Below are positions 28,573 to 38,622 of a stretch of 64,000 nt of DNA, one piece after another. The DNA is from Verrucomicrobiia bacterium. Its GTDB lineage: Bacteria; Verrucomicrobiota; Verrucomicrobiia; Limisphaerales; UBA1319. The position numbers were made by a program, and so were the translations under genes. The number at the start of each line of letters is the position of its first letter. Position 1 is the stretch's first letter. The notes under the pieces are model-generated. The model was not told where the DNA came from and made no database searches. It saw only the letters and a program-made list of their open reading frames with translations. The stretch lies in contig OY760937.1 in the NCBI GenBank assembly GCA_963664225.1, positions 384,001 through 448,000 on the forward strand, read 5' to 3'.

Positions 28573-30426
28573 ATGAAAACCATCTGCCGGGCATTGATCG
28601 CAGGAATGCTGATTGCCATGATTGCCATTGGCGTGGCGTGCGCCATGGCGGAGTCGGACTCCGCTCAAACGAAGGTCGCCGTATTGCGGGGCGTGGTCGT
28701 CGATGCGGAAACGGGTTTGCCGGAGCCATGCACGGTCGCGATTATCGATTCGAAGGGTCGAACGGTTTTGGAGTCGGAGGGATTCAAGGACGGTTTTCGC
28801 TGCGATGGACGGTTTGAGAAGCAGTTGCCTCCGGGCCGGACGCGCGTGCGGGTGACGCGGGGATTTGAGGTGGTGGCAGAGGAGCGAACTGTGGAGCTGG
28901 CCCGGGGAAGGGAGGTCCGCATGGAGTTTCGTCTGAAACGAAGAGTCGATGTGCGCCGACGCGGCTGGTTTGCGGGGGACAGTCACGCGCACATGATTCA
29001 TGGCGAAAACAAGTTGCCGGTTGATTTTAACGACGTGGCACTGGCGGCAAAGGCCGAAGACTTGCAGTTCCTTTCGCTGGCGCAGGCGTGGTCAATGGAG
29101 AATCCCACGCCGGAAAAGCTCGAAGCCGAATTGAGCCGCAGGTCCAGTCCCGACTGCGCCCTGACCTGGAACATGGAAGCGCCCAAGAACTATTACCGGG
29201 GCGATGCGGGCCGCTGCCTGGGCCATTGCTGGACGCTGGGACTGCGCGGACGCACCGGCAGCGGACGGGACGCCATCTCGCTGCTCATGGAGGCCAGCGC
29301 GCACGATTACGAATCCGCCAAGCCGGGTTTCGCCAACTTTGAATCGCATCAATTCATCCATGAACAGGGAGGCGCGGTCTTTTACAGCCATCCCGCGCGG
29401 TGGTGGACGGGACCGTGGGGAGGCCAGGGCGGTTATGCGAAACAGGAGAACATGCGCATTTCCAACATGGCGGTGGAGCTCCCCTTGGACACTTTGATCG
29501 GGCCCACTTACGATGGCCTGGATGTGATGACCAGCAGCGGCGAACTTCAGGCCAACGGGCTGGCCTTCGACCTTTGGTGCCTGTTGCTCAACCACGGTTG
29601 GCGCGTGGCCGCCACCGCGTCATCGGATTCCTGTTTTGATCGTCCGGGCGGGGCGACTCCCGGGGATGTGCGGACTTATGCTTATCTGGAAGGCGGATTT
29701 TCCTTTCCGGCTGTGGCCAAGGCAACGGCCCTGGGTCGGACGTTTGTAACCAGCGGCCCGCTGCTGCTGGCCGCATTGGAGAAGCAACCGCCCGGCTCGT
29801 CTTTCGCCGCCGACGGGCACAAACGAACACTTACCCTGGAGGCCTGGGCCTCCGGCGCGGATGATCAGGGATTGGGCAAAATGGAAGTGCTGCGCAACGG
29901 GGTGTTGTTCTGGAGCAACCAATGGTCGCAGCCCTGTCTCAGCGCGAAAACCAATATCGTGATCACCGAGGACCAGAACGCCTGGTATTGCGCGCGGGTC
30001 TTCGGAACCGGCGCCCGTCAGCCGCGCGCCATTAGTGGGGCGTTTTATTTCGAATCAAAACCGTATGAACCGCCCGCTCCCATTCCGGCCAGCGTGCGTG
30101 TTTCACTGGTGGACAGGCAATCCGGCGCAAAACTTTCCGGGAAGGTGACCGAGGTGTTTTTCAAGGCATCGCTGCAGAGCGACGGAAAATCACATGCCAT
30201 TACGGGCGGCGAAGGCGAACTAACCACACCGGCAATTGCGAGGCTTCGCGCGGAAGTTCCCGGCTACGAACCGCTGTGCCTGAGTCCCTTTCTTGATAAT
30301 CCGGAATTGCTGAATACCATTACGGGTCTCAAAGCGGAGGATCTGGTCAAGTGGGTGACATTCGAACGCGTGCGGGCATTACTCGGCAGGGTCCAGTTGG
30401 AATTTCAGCTTCAGCGCAAACCGTAG
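28573..30426 (+). CDS. CehA/McbA-family (PHP-like) metallohydrolase
   Basis: Signal peptide; GWFAGDSHAH, GHC, YSHP, ATASSDS, GRTFVTSGPLL. Confidence 0.8.
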   Translation: MKTICRALIAGMLIAMIAIGVACAMAESDSAQTKVAVLRGVVVDAETGLPEPCTVAIIDSKGRTVLESEGFKDGFRCDGRFEKQLPPGRTRVRVTRGFEVVAEERTVELARGREVRMEFRLKRRVDVRRRGWFAGDSHAHMIHGENKLPVDFNDVALAAKAEDLQFLSLAQAWSMENPTPEKLEAELSRRSSPDCALTWNMEAPKNYYRGDAGRCLGHCWTLGLRGRTGSGRDAISLLMEASAHDYESAKPGFANFESHQFIHEQGGAVFYSHPARWWTGPWGGQGGYAKQENMRISNMAVELPLDTLIGPTYDGLDVMTSSGELQANGLAFDLWCLLLNHGWRVAATASSDSCFDRPGGATPGDVRTYAYLEGGFSFPAVAKATALGRTFVTSGPLLLAALEKQPPGSSFAADGHKRTLTLEAWASGADDQGLGKMEVLRNGVLFWSNQWSQPCLSAKTNIVITEDQNAWYCARVFGTGARQPRAISGAFYFESKPYEPPAPIPASVRVSLVDRQSGAKLSGKVTEVFFKASLQSDGKSHAITGGEGELTTPAIARLRAEVPGYEPLCLSPFLDNPELLNTITGLKAEDLVKWVTFERVRALLGRVQLEFQLQRKP

Positions 30427-30503
30427 CGGGCGCCAGACAGGCCGGGTCTCATTACCGCGCGGCCCTGATGCGCTTTATCTCATCAGGGCGCGCCGAATTC
30501 CTT

Positions 30504-31391
30504 TTACAGAGTGGCGTCCATCACGCCGCGGTAATAGCCGATCGATTCGGCCACTCCGAGCATCGGATCGTCCATGTCCTTCTCGTATTCCAGGCTGCAC
30601 ATGCCGCTGTATTTGATCTTGCGAAGTGCGAGGACGAATGCCGTCATATTGATGGCCCCGCGCGGCAGCTCGATGCCCCGGCCCTTTTTGTCCGACGAGG
30701 TCACGTTCTTGATGTGGATGTCGTGGATGCGATCGGCGAATTGGGTCACGGTCTTGACCGGGTCCTTGCCGTCGCGGAATTGATGCCCGATGTCCAGGCA
30801 AAGGCCCACGCGCTTGTCCATGTCCTTGATGAGTTCCATGGCGCTGTCGGCGCTGGGGAAAAGCTCCGGCATGTCCGGGCCGTGGTTATGGATGGCGTAT
30901 TTGATGTCGTATTCCTGGACCTTCTCGTTCACCAGCTTGAGCAGTTCGGGCGATGACACGCGCTTCTTGTCCACGAGCTTGAACGGCACGCCCACGAGGG
31001 TCTTCACGCCCACGCGTTTGGCATAGGCGAAGGCGCTGTTCACTTCCTCCTCGGTGCCCATGTAGATCGGGCCCACGCCGTATCCGGTGATGCCGAAACT
31101 CTTGCACTTGGCATGAAACGCGGCGATTTCTTCATCCGTGCTTTTCAGGGGCAGGTGAAAATCCTTGATGCACAGGTAGTGGACATCCACTTTTTTGACC
31201 ATCTCGAGGGTCGGATCGAGTTTGAATTTGACGAACGTGTAGCCCGCAATGCCGAGCCGCAGCGGTTCCTGCGTGCTGCCGTCCGTGGTGGACCGCTGTG
31301 CATGGGCCGTGCTGGTGAATAGCGCCGGACCGCCCACAGCGACTGCCGTGGCGACACTGGCCCGTTTGAAAAAGGAACGTCGTGAGATCAT
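30504..31391 (-). CDS. Tat-exported sugar phosphate isomerase/epimerase (xylose isomerase-like TIM barrel)
   Basis: MISRRSFFK twin-arginine signal; AIHNHGP, CLDIGH, HIKNV, SLEYE. Confidence 0.88.
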   Translation of the reverse strand: MISRRSFFKRASVATAVAVGGPALFTSTAHAQRSTTDGSTQEPLRLGIAGYTFVKFKLDPTLEMVKKVDVHYLCIKDFHLPLKSTDEEIAAFHAKCKSFGITGYGVGPIYMGTEEEVNSAFAYAKRVGVKTLVGVPFKLVDKKRVSSPELLKLVNEKVQEYDIKYAIHNHGPDMPELFPSADSAMELIKDMDKRVGLCLDIGHQFRDGKDPVKTVTQFADRIHDIHIKNVTSSDKKGRGIELPRGAINMTAFVLALRKIKYSGMCSLEYEKDMDDPMLGVAESIGYYRGVMDATL

Positions 31392-31493
31392 GCGCCAGTT
31401 GTAGCGCCGGATGGGCTGGTTGTAAACAGGGAGTGTGGGAATATTCAAGGAGGGCTATTGCCCTATAATCCAATTGCTTTCGCAAAGCTCCGG

Positions 31494-32618
31494 CTACAAC
31501 TGCTTCATGTCGATGGGAGCGTTCTCCAATATCACCATTTTTTCGCGCAGGTCGGAAGCGAGAACTTCAACAGTGGGTTGCGGCAATTCTCCTTCCACAG
31601 TCATTTGAATCGAATGATTGTCTTCAACGTAACGGACGACAATTCCATCCACCTTGTTTCTAAAAACGTTGTATTCCTCCTCCACTTTGGGCATTTGCTC
31701 ATGTGGAATTGCAGGACAATACAAGATTTTCAGCAAGTCAAGATCAGGTGAAGCACCTAATTCCACTCTCAATTTCTCCATCTCATCATGGAATTCTTTT
31801 TCCCAATTAAATTCACGAGACCACAGCGCCTGTCGAATATGCCATATATGGTTGGGTTTCCCGTCTTGTCTGACGATCTCCCAGCGTTGCCAATTCCGTT
31901 CTGTGATGCGCTCCCAACGCCAATCGGTGAGGTGTAGTCGCCAGTCGTTGATGTTCTCAACTAGAGAACTTTCCTTCCCGCTGTGGACCAACAGCCCACG
32001 CTGAATTAGGATTGAGGCTCCGCCTTCTTCCAGTGTCGCCGTATGTTTGTGAATCCAACCCGGAGGCGTGCCAATAGTTTGTGCTTTTGATATTCCAAGA
32101 GTGTCGATGTCAAAAATGAAGATGGGTGTTGTCCCCGGCTTACGTTGCTCCGGGTGACCAAGGCAACCGATGATGATGATGCGATTACCAACAAGAGTGG
32201 CTGTGTGAGAATCTGTGGGGGGGAAAATGTCGGCTGGATAACCAAGGATATCCATCTTGCTGTCTGGATGTACGACAACTACGTCATTGTAGATGTAGAA
32301 ATCAGAATCGTAAAAGTCCTCGTGCTCTCCAGCGATCATCACGGTGCGGCCATCTCGAAGCTTCGTCGAACTTTGACCAAAGCGATCGAAGCACCAGCCC
32401 GGCCCCTCATAACACGCCGAGTCATCGAATATTTCATCCGCTGAAAAGGCGCTGATTTTAGACCGGATAAGCCACTCCCAAACAGGATTATTCATCCGCT
32501 CAGGATTGGTGCGCCCAAAACGCGGAGCACGCCATTCTCGGAATAATTCCAATGTCACCGCTGGATCCATTGGGACTTCTTCAGCGTCCTGCCCTTGACC
32601 TGGAATTTCAATACTCAT
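31494..32618 (-). CDS. Conserved hypothetical protein with kelch-like repeats
   Basis: RFGQSSTKL.DGR.VMIAGEHED, DSHTATLVGNRIIIIG and HKHTATL repeats. Confidence 0.65.
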   Translation of the reverse strand: MSIEIPGQGQDAEEVPMDPAVTLELFREWRAPRFGRTNPERMNNPVWEWLIRSKISAFSADEIFDDSACYEGPGWCFDRFGQSSTKLRDGRTVMIAGEHEDFYDSDFYIYNDVVVVHPDSKMDILGYPADIFPPTDSHTATLVGNRIIIIGCLGHPEQRKPGTTPIFIFDIDTLGISKAQTIGTPPGWIHKHTATLEEGGASILIQRGLLVHSGKESSLVENINDWRLHLTDWRWERITERNWQRWEIVRQDGKPNHIWHIRQALWSREFNWEKEFHDEMEKLRVELGASPDLDLLKILYCPAIPHEQMPKVEEEYNVFRNKVDGIVVRYVEDNHSIQMTVEGELPQPTVEVLASDLREKMVILENAPIDMKQL

Positions 32619-32635
32619 GACAAAATTAAATAGTG

Positions 32636-33454
32636 TTACTTTCGCGCAAATGCCGCCGCTTTCGCAATCAGGTCTGCGGAGGGACGGACTCCGGTGTAGA
32701 GGACGAACTGTTCGACCGCCTGGATGACAATGACGTCCGCTCCGCTGATGATCGGTTTGCCGAGAGACTGCGCCAGTCGAATGAGCGGGGTTTCGGCGGG
32801 AATGGCGACGACGTCCATCACAGTTTGCGCGGCGCGCACCTGCTCCGGTGTGAAGGCCAGTTGCTCGGATTCGGCCCCGCCCGACATGCCGATGGGCGTG
32901 ACATTGATCAAGAATTGAGGGCGTTCATCGGCCAGTTCCGGCTTCCACTGAAAACCGTATTGGTGCGCAAGCGCCGTTCCCGTCTTTTGATTTCGCGCCA
33001 CCACGATGCCCCGGGTGAAGCCGGCGTCCCTGAGCGCGCAGACCACGGCCTTCGCCATGCCACCACTGCCGCGCACGGCAAAATCGACACCTGCCGGGTT
33101 CACACGCGCATGGATGAGATCGAAGACGGCGGTGTAGTCGGTGTTATAGGCTTTGAGATGGCCATCGGTGTTGACGATGGTGTTCACGGACATGATGCCG
33201 GAGGCCGAGGGCGTCAATTCGTCCAGGTAGGGGATGCAGGCTTCCTTGAACGGCATGGAAACCGCGCAGCCACGAATGCCCAGCGCGCGAATTCCAGTGA
33301 TCGCGCCCGCGAGATCGCGCGTGGTAAAGGCCTTGTAGAGGAAGTTCAGGCCGAGTTCCCGGTAGAGGAAGTTCTGAAAGCGGGTCCCGAAATTACCGGG
33401 TCGCGCGGAGAGCGACATGCAGAGTCGTGTGTCCTTATTGATTTGAAGTTCCAT
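32636..33454 (-). CDS. Shikimate 5-dehydrogenase-like protein (SdhL subtype)
   Basis: INKDT.LCMSLS.RP.NFGTRF, VSMPFK, SVNTIVN..G.L.AYNTD, GSGGMAKA. Confidence 0.9.
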   Translation of the reverse strand: MELQINKDTRLCMSLSARPGNFGTRFQNFLYRELGLNFLYKAFTTRDLAGAITGIRALGIRGCAVSMPFKEACIPYLDELTPSASGIMSVNTIVNTDGHLKAYNTDYTAVFDLIHARVNPAGVDFAVRGSGGMAKAVVCALRDAGFTRGIVVARNQKTGTALAHQYGFQWKPELADERPQFLINVTPIGMSGGAESEQLAFTPEQVRAAQTVMDVVAIPAETPLIRLAQSLGKPIISGADVIVIQAVEQFVLYTGVRPSADLIAKAAAFARK

Positions 33455-33626
33455 GGGATTTTAAAATGTTTCTTTCGTCGCGCCGTTTACCTCTTGCTGC
33501 CGCCACCCAAAAATTCGCCGGTCAAGTTTTGCGAACCATCGGTCAACGTCCCTCTCTCTATCAGCGCGATGTCAGCGTAACCAGTATTATTTCAGACCTG
33601 CGCGACGCATTCACACCCACCATCGC

Positions 33627-33654
33627 TTGACAGTTCGGGGTCGCGCGGTAGCAT
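33627..33654 (+). promoter_or_regulatory. Sigma70-type promoter for the GH78 gene
   Basis: TTGACA-16 nt-TAGCAT, 38 nt before the ATG at 33693. Confidence 0.5.
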
Positions 33655-33692
33655 GCGGGTTATTGCACGTCCACCATAACCATACGAACTTT

Positions 33693-36209
33693 ATGCAACA
33701 CTGGTTTAATCCTGTCCTGCGTTTGTTGTCGAAGGGAAAGTCGTTTCTCGGCCTGGGCCTGGTTGCCGCCTCGCTGGCCGTTTCCGCGTCCGCCGCAGAT
33801 AACGACGTTCCAGGCGTGAGCAAGGTTTTCCTGACGCCGCGCCTGCATATGGGAAACACAGGCATCATGCTGGTGCAACCCATCGACGAGGCCGCGTGGA
33901 TCTGGCATCCGGAGTTCGGGAATCCCAAGGCGCCTTCACACGCGGATGCGTTCGCCAACGGCTGGAAGGAACCGGTGGTGCTGCGCTTCCGCAAGGAATT
34001 TGAGGCGAAGACTTCGCCGATACGCATTCATGTCAGCGCCGATGAGCGTTATGAATTGTTTTTGGATGGGAAGCGCATTGCGCGGGGCCCGGACCGCTCC
34101 GATGTGGAGCATTGGTCCTATGCGACCTATGAACTGCGTCTTGCGGCGGGCAATCACCGCCTCGAAGCGCTGGCCTGGAGCATTGGTCCTTATGCGCCGG
34201 TGGCGCAGTTGACGTGGCGTGGCGGATTCATTCTCAAGGCCGAAGGCGATTACGATTCCCAGCTCACCACTGGAAAGGCCGCCTGGGAAGTCGCCAAACT
34301 CGGTGGTTACGAGTTCGCTCCGGGAGTGTTTTTTGTGGGCGCACAATTGACGGTTCGCGACAGTGGTTTGCAATGGCAGGAAGGCGAATACGTCAAGGCC
34401 CAGGTCATTCGAGGAGCGCTCCACGATAATCCCTATGGCGAAAATGCCGCCGGTTGGAAACTGTTTCCCGCGACGCTGCCCGACCAGTTCGACCGCGAGG
34501 TGACCACCGGTCGCGCCATGGCGCTGGGCAGTGGAACGCTTGCGGGCGACACGCTCGTCAGCGCCGAACAGGCCCAAAATAAGGACCTGCCCAAGTGGCA
34601 GGCGCTCATCGAGGGCAAAGATCAGATCGTCGTGCCCGCGAATACGGAGCAATTTCTGCTCTGGGATCTCGACAACTATTACTGCGCCTATCCGTTGTGC
34701 GAAGTCAGTGGCGGCGCGGGAGCGAAGATTGGCTGGAGTTGGGCCGAGTCGCTTTACTTGCCCAAGTCCGAAGCCAAAGGCCAGCGCGACGAGTTCATTG
34801 GAAAAACATTCCGCGGCATGACCGACACTTTCCTGCCGGGCGGCGGTGAGCATCGCAAATTCACCACCCTGTGGTGGCGCTCAGGTCGCTGGTGCCTGCT
34901 CTCAATCAAAACCGCAGCCGAGCCGCTGACCATTCACCGGCTCGCGCTGGATGAAAGCCGTTACCCGCATGAGAACGAGGGCAAGTTTGACGCCGGAGAT
35001 TCCGAATTGGCGGGCGTCATCAAGCTGGCCGTCCGGGGCATCCAGATGTGCACGCACGAAACCTACATGGACTGCCCCTACTACGAGCAGCTCATGTACG
35101 ATGGCGACACACGCCTGGAACTGCTCACCACCGACGTCATGACGCGTGACGACCGGCTGGTCAAACGCGCCATCGAGCTGTTTGATTTCTCGCGCCGGAA
35201 TTGGGGCTTCGTCAATGAGCGCTTTCCAGCCTATCTGCCCCAGCACTCGCCGACCTTCTCGATGATCTGGGCCGTGATGCTCAATGACTTCACCTATTGG
35301 CACAACGATCCGGCGTTTGTAAAGGCGCGCGCCATTGGCCTGCGCTCCATGCTGGAGCATTTCGAGCCCTACATGAACCAGGACGGCCTGTTGGAGAATT
35401 TGCCGGGCTGGCCCTTTATGGACTGGGTGCCGCAGTGGAATACCGGCAACGCCCCCGATGGCGCGAAGGGGATTTCGTCCATCAACAACCTGCTTTATGT
35501 CTTCGCCCTGCAGAAGTCGGCCGAGGTTGAAGACTCGCTCGGCGAACCGCTCCTGGCCCAGCGGCTTCGCGCGAAAGCCGTCCGCACCGCCGCAGCCGTG
35601 CGCGCCAAATTCTGGGACGAGTCGCGCGGCCTCTTCGCCGACAACGTGAAGCACAGCGAGTTTAGCGAGCATGCCCAGTGCCTTGCGTTGCTTTCCGACA
35701 CGGTGACCGGCGACCAGGCCAAACGCTGCTTCGAGCAATTGTTGACCGCCAAGGATCTGAAGCGCACGACCATTTACTTCAGCTTCTATCTGCTGGAGAC
35801 CTGGCAAAAATTCGGACGCGGCGATCTGATCGTGGAACGCATGGGCTTCTGGAAGGACCTGGTCAAACAGGGGCTCAAAACACCGGTCGAAATGCCGGGT
35901 GATACGCGATCGGACTGTCATGCCTGGGGGAGCCATCCGCTCTTCCATCTCCATGCCAGCGTGGCTGGGGTGCGTCCCGCCTCGCCGGGCTTCCGCACCG
36001 TGCGCATCGCGCCTCAGCCGGGCACACTGCCCAGGATTGTCAGCAGCACACCTCATCCGGATGGCTTCATCGGGCTCGACCTCGCCTTTGATGGCAACCG
36101 TTGCCACGGCAGTGTGGAATTGCCCGCAGGCATCACCGGAGTATTCGTCTGGCAATCCAAAGAACTGAAATTGAATAGCGGCGCCAACGCGATTGATTTG
36201 AAACCATAA
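33693..36209 (+). CDS. Alpha-L-rhamnosidase (GH78-like)
   Basis: Signal peptide; HVSADERYELFLDG, HETYMDCPYYEQLMY.GD, FMDW, TRSDCHAWGSHP. Confidence 0.88.
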   Translation: MQHWFNPVLRLLSKGKSFLGLGLVAASLAVSASAADNDVPGVSKVFLTPRLHMGNTGIMLVQPIDEAAWIWHPEFGNPKAPSHADAFANGWKEPVVLRFRKEFEAKTSPIRIHVSADERYELFLDGKRIARGPDRSDVEHWSYATYELRLAAGNHRLEALAWSIGPYAPVAQLTWRGGFILKAEGDYDSQLTTGKAAWEVAKLGGYEFAPGVFFVGAQLTVRDSGLQWQEGEYVKAQVIRGALHDNPYGENAAGWKLFPATLPDQFDREVTTGRAMALGSGTLAGDTLVSAEQAQNKDLPKWQALIEGKDQIVVPANTEQFLLWDLDNYYCAYPLCEVSGGAGAKIGWSWAESLYLPKSEAKGQRDEFIGKTFRGMTDTFLPGGGEHRKFTTLWWRSGRWCLLSIKTAAEPLTIHRLALDESRYPHENEGKFDAGDSELAGVIKLAVRGIQMCTHETYMDCPYYEQLMYDGDTRLELLTTDVMTRDDRLVKRAIELFDFSRRNWGFVNERFPAYLPQHSPTFSMIWAVMLNDFTYWHNDPAFVKARAIGLRSMLEHFEPYMNQDGLLENLPGWPFMDWVPQWNTGNAPDGAKGISSINNLLYVFALQKSAEVEDSLGEPLLAQRLRAKAVRTAAAVRAKFWDESRGLFADNVKHSEFSEHAQCLALLSDTVTGDQAKRCFEQLLTAKDLKRTTIYFSFYLLETWQKFGRGDLIVERMGFWKDLVKQGLKTPVEMPGDTRSDCHAWGSHPLFHLHASVAGVRPASPGFRTVRIAPQPGTLPRIVSSTPHPDGFIGLDLAFDGNRCHGSVELPAGITGVFVWQSKELKLNSGANAIDLKP

Positions 36210-36310
36210 AATATTGGTTCAGCAACCGAACGCAACCGACCAAAAAAATAACTTTTGGTCGGTCCTCATGGTTGACTCGAGACATGAGGTCGAGAGTTCA
36301 CTCAATTTAA

Positions 36311-36529
36311 ATGAGCAAAAAGACTAAAAGCGTCGTTCTTGGCATTGCAGCATTGATCGTTTTTGAGGCGGTAATGTTCTACGGATATTCTTGGCTCTTT
36401 TTGCTTGAGGGCGAGCCACAGAGGCATAATGATCCACAGTTGCAAACTTGGGCTGGAATTCTTCTGGGTGCGATGTTTGCTGGGTTCCTTGCCTTCATCT
36501 ACTGGATTGTCCGAATCTGTAAGTCTTAA
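36311..36529 (+). CDS. Small two-TM membrane protein
   Basis: 72 aa, ATG start, two hydrophobic helices. Confidence 0.55.
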   Translation: MSKKTKSVVLGIAALIVFEAVMFYGYSWLFLLEGEPQRHNDPQLQTWAGILLGAMFAGFLAFIYWIVRICKS

Positions 36530-36692
36530 ACAAAATTCACAGTGGCCGCCCAGATTGCGACAAGGAATTCAATCAATCCCAGGATTGGCTCGACTGACTT
36601 TGCGCTTTCTCGAAAATCCATGACGGGCGCAAAGAAAGGCGGTAATCATAGGTCCATGTCACCCACGAGCCTGAAAACAAGCCCTGTCTTGA

Positions 36693-38551
36693 CGCACTTT
36701 ACCCCGCTTAAAAACAAGAAATCTCCAATAGAATCAAGGGTGTGGAGCTCATTTTGAATTTCAACAAAATGGCTACAGCTTGATTCCGAGCAGATTCAGG
36801 ATTTCCTGCTGCTGTTCGTTGGGCTGAGAGATTTGCTCAAAGTGCACGCCGCCCACGCTGACTTGTTGTTTGCGGATGCCGCGCAAATGCTCAATCACAT
36901 TTTCCATGGTCCATTGACGTTTCTTTCCTTTGCCATCCTTTTCAAAGAGCGGCTGCAATCGTTGCTTCATGTGCCAGTAAACGTAATAGGCGAGCATGCA
37001 TAAAAACACATGGCTGCGGATGCGATCATCCTTTTTGTGATACACCGGCCGAATCTCCAGGGCCACGGTCTTGAGGGTGCGGAAGGCCTGCTCGACAAAG
37101 GTGAGGCTTTTGTAGGTGGCCACCACTTGGGCCGTCTTCATCTGGCTTTCCGTCACGGTGGTGGTAATAATGTAACAGCCGTCCAGCAGTTGTTCCTGCC
37201 CGATGGCTTCCTGCTTCAAATGGTATTCCAGCCGCCCCTCTTTAACCTCCCAGTGGATGAATTTACCCATTTTGTATTTTTCCAGCAGCCGCCCCACCTG
37301 GGAACCGAGTTTCTCAGGGGTCCTTTTTTTCTTGGGCTCGACGAGCTTGTCCATACCCTGGCGGGTGAGCTCGAGCAACCGTTGGCGGGTGGCCGTTTCC
37401 CGGGCCTGAGTGTCTGGATTGCGGCAGAGACAATAGCGCTGGCCGGGCTTGTCCGGGTCGGTCACCTCGGCGATCTTCTTTTCGTCGAACAATTCGAGTT
37501 GGATGACTTTGCGCTCCAGCAGTTCGAACATCTGCCGATGGGTCAGCGCGCTGAGCGTGTGCAGGCCCTGGACCTTTTCAAGCTTCTGCGCGTTGGCCTG
37601 GGTGATCATGCCCCGGTCGCCCACGAAGGTCACCTCGCTCAAACCGTATTCACGGCGCAGCTCCTGGATTTTATCGATCACCGTCTGGGCATCCTGCGTG
37701 TTGCCCGCAAAGAGTTCGATGCCCACCGGACAGCCCCGCTCGTCGCAGAGCAAACCCAGGACCACCTGCTCGTGTCCGCTCTTGCAGTCCCGGTTGTAGC
37801 CGAAAAGCACGACGTCGCTTTGCTCGTAGGCCCCCTCAAAATAGCTGCTGGTGATGTCGTAGAGCACGACATGGCCATTGCGCAGATGTTTTTTGGCCAG
37901 GGCTTTTTGAATGGCCTCCTGGCGCTCCAGCAACCGGTCCATCGGCCGGTAGCAGTGGTCTTCAACATCCACCTCGCCAGTGACCCCGCAGATCTCCCAC
38001 AGAGCGCTGTTTTTGGTCTGGTGGGACAGGGCCAGTTTGCTGCCCGCATAAACCACCCGGCCAGCAATCATGGCCAGGCAATCCCGGACCCACGGCTCGT
38101 TGCGGGAGTAAAGAATGGTGTCCAAACCCAATTGGCGGGCCGTTTCCACAACGGCATGGCTGGCCCCGTATTCCCTGGAATCGGTGCATTGGAAGGCGTT
38201 GGGATCCTCCTTGGGGACGACCTTGCCCTGAAAGGCGGCCTGGATCAGCTTGAGCTGGTCCAGGGACACGCCGGTGATGCGCCCGTGCTGGGTGTGTTTG
38301 ACAGCTTGGGTGTCGGAGTCGCGGTAGGAAGAGCGGATCAGGCCGATGGGATTGGCCCTGTGGCTTTGGATTTCGAGGTGGAAACGCTTGCCGGACTTCA
38401 TAATGGCCACATAATACGTTACGTGCGTTTTATAGTCAAATATAATATCGATATATGTATGGCTACATATGAACTATTACATTCCCCCTCAATCCCTTGC
38501 GTTTAAAGGCGATAAGCCCGATTGGCGGCTAATTTAAGGGGGTAAAGTGCG
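36693..38551 (-). mobile_element. IS1634-family insertion sequence
   Basis: Terminal inverted repeats CGCACTTTACCCC / GGGGTAAAGTGCG; 6-bp TSD TCTTGA at 36687-36692 and 38552-38557. Confidence 0.92.
36773..38410 (-). CDS. IS1634-family DDE transposase
   Basis: LYDITSSYFEG, GYNRD, FVGDRGM, YK.L..VEQAFRTLK...EIRPVYH...RIRSHVFLCMLAY. Confidence 0.95.
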   Translation of the reverse strand: MAIMKSGKRFHLEIQSHRANPIGLIRSSYRDSDTQAVKHTQHGRITGVSLDQLKLIQAAFQGKVVPKEDPNAFQCTDSREYGASHAVVETARQLGLDTILYSRNEPWVRDCLAMIAGRVVYAGSKLALSHQTKNSALWEICGVTGEVDVEDHCYRPMDRLLERQEAIQKALAKKHLRNGHVVLYDITSSYFEGAYEQSDVVLFGYNRDCKSGHEQVVLGLLCDERGCPVGIELFAGNTQDAQTVIDKIQELRREYGLSEVTFVGDRGMITQANAQKLEKVQGLHTLSALTHRQMFELLERKVIQLELFDEKKIAEVTDPDKPGQRYCLCRNPDTQARETATRQRLLELTRQGMDKLVEPKKKRTPEKLGSQVGRLLEKYKMGKFIHWEVKEGRLEYHLKQEAIGQEQLLDGCYIITTTVTESQMKTAQVVATYKSLTFVEQAFRTLKTVALEIRPVYHKKDDRIRSHVFLCMLAYYVYWHMKQRLQPLFEKDGKGKKRQWTMENVIEHLRGIRKQQVSVGGVHFEQISQPNEQQQEILNLLGIKL

Positions 38552-38622
38552 TCTTGATTGCGAAGAACGCAAGTGCATCGACTGTTTCCGAGATGCAGAT
38601 ATTGGAGAGCCAGCTCGAGCCA

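Noticed and set aside
37010..38506. Long antisense ORFs (also 8304-8876, 22964-23884, 32633-33580, 34902-36155, 51636-52670, 53247-54404, 57297-58145)
   Set aside because: Shadow frames opposite well-supported genes in GC-rich DNA, with no recognisable motifs.
36542..38556. Removing IS1634 joins ORF 36542 in frame to the GH106-like ORF
   Set aside because: A good signal peptide starts at ATG 38623 and the added N-terminus looks non-coding, so this is probably a chance frame match rather than a disrupted gene.
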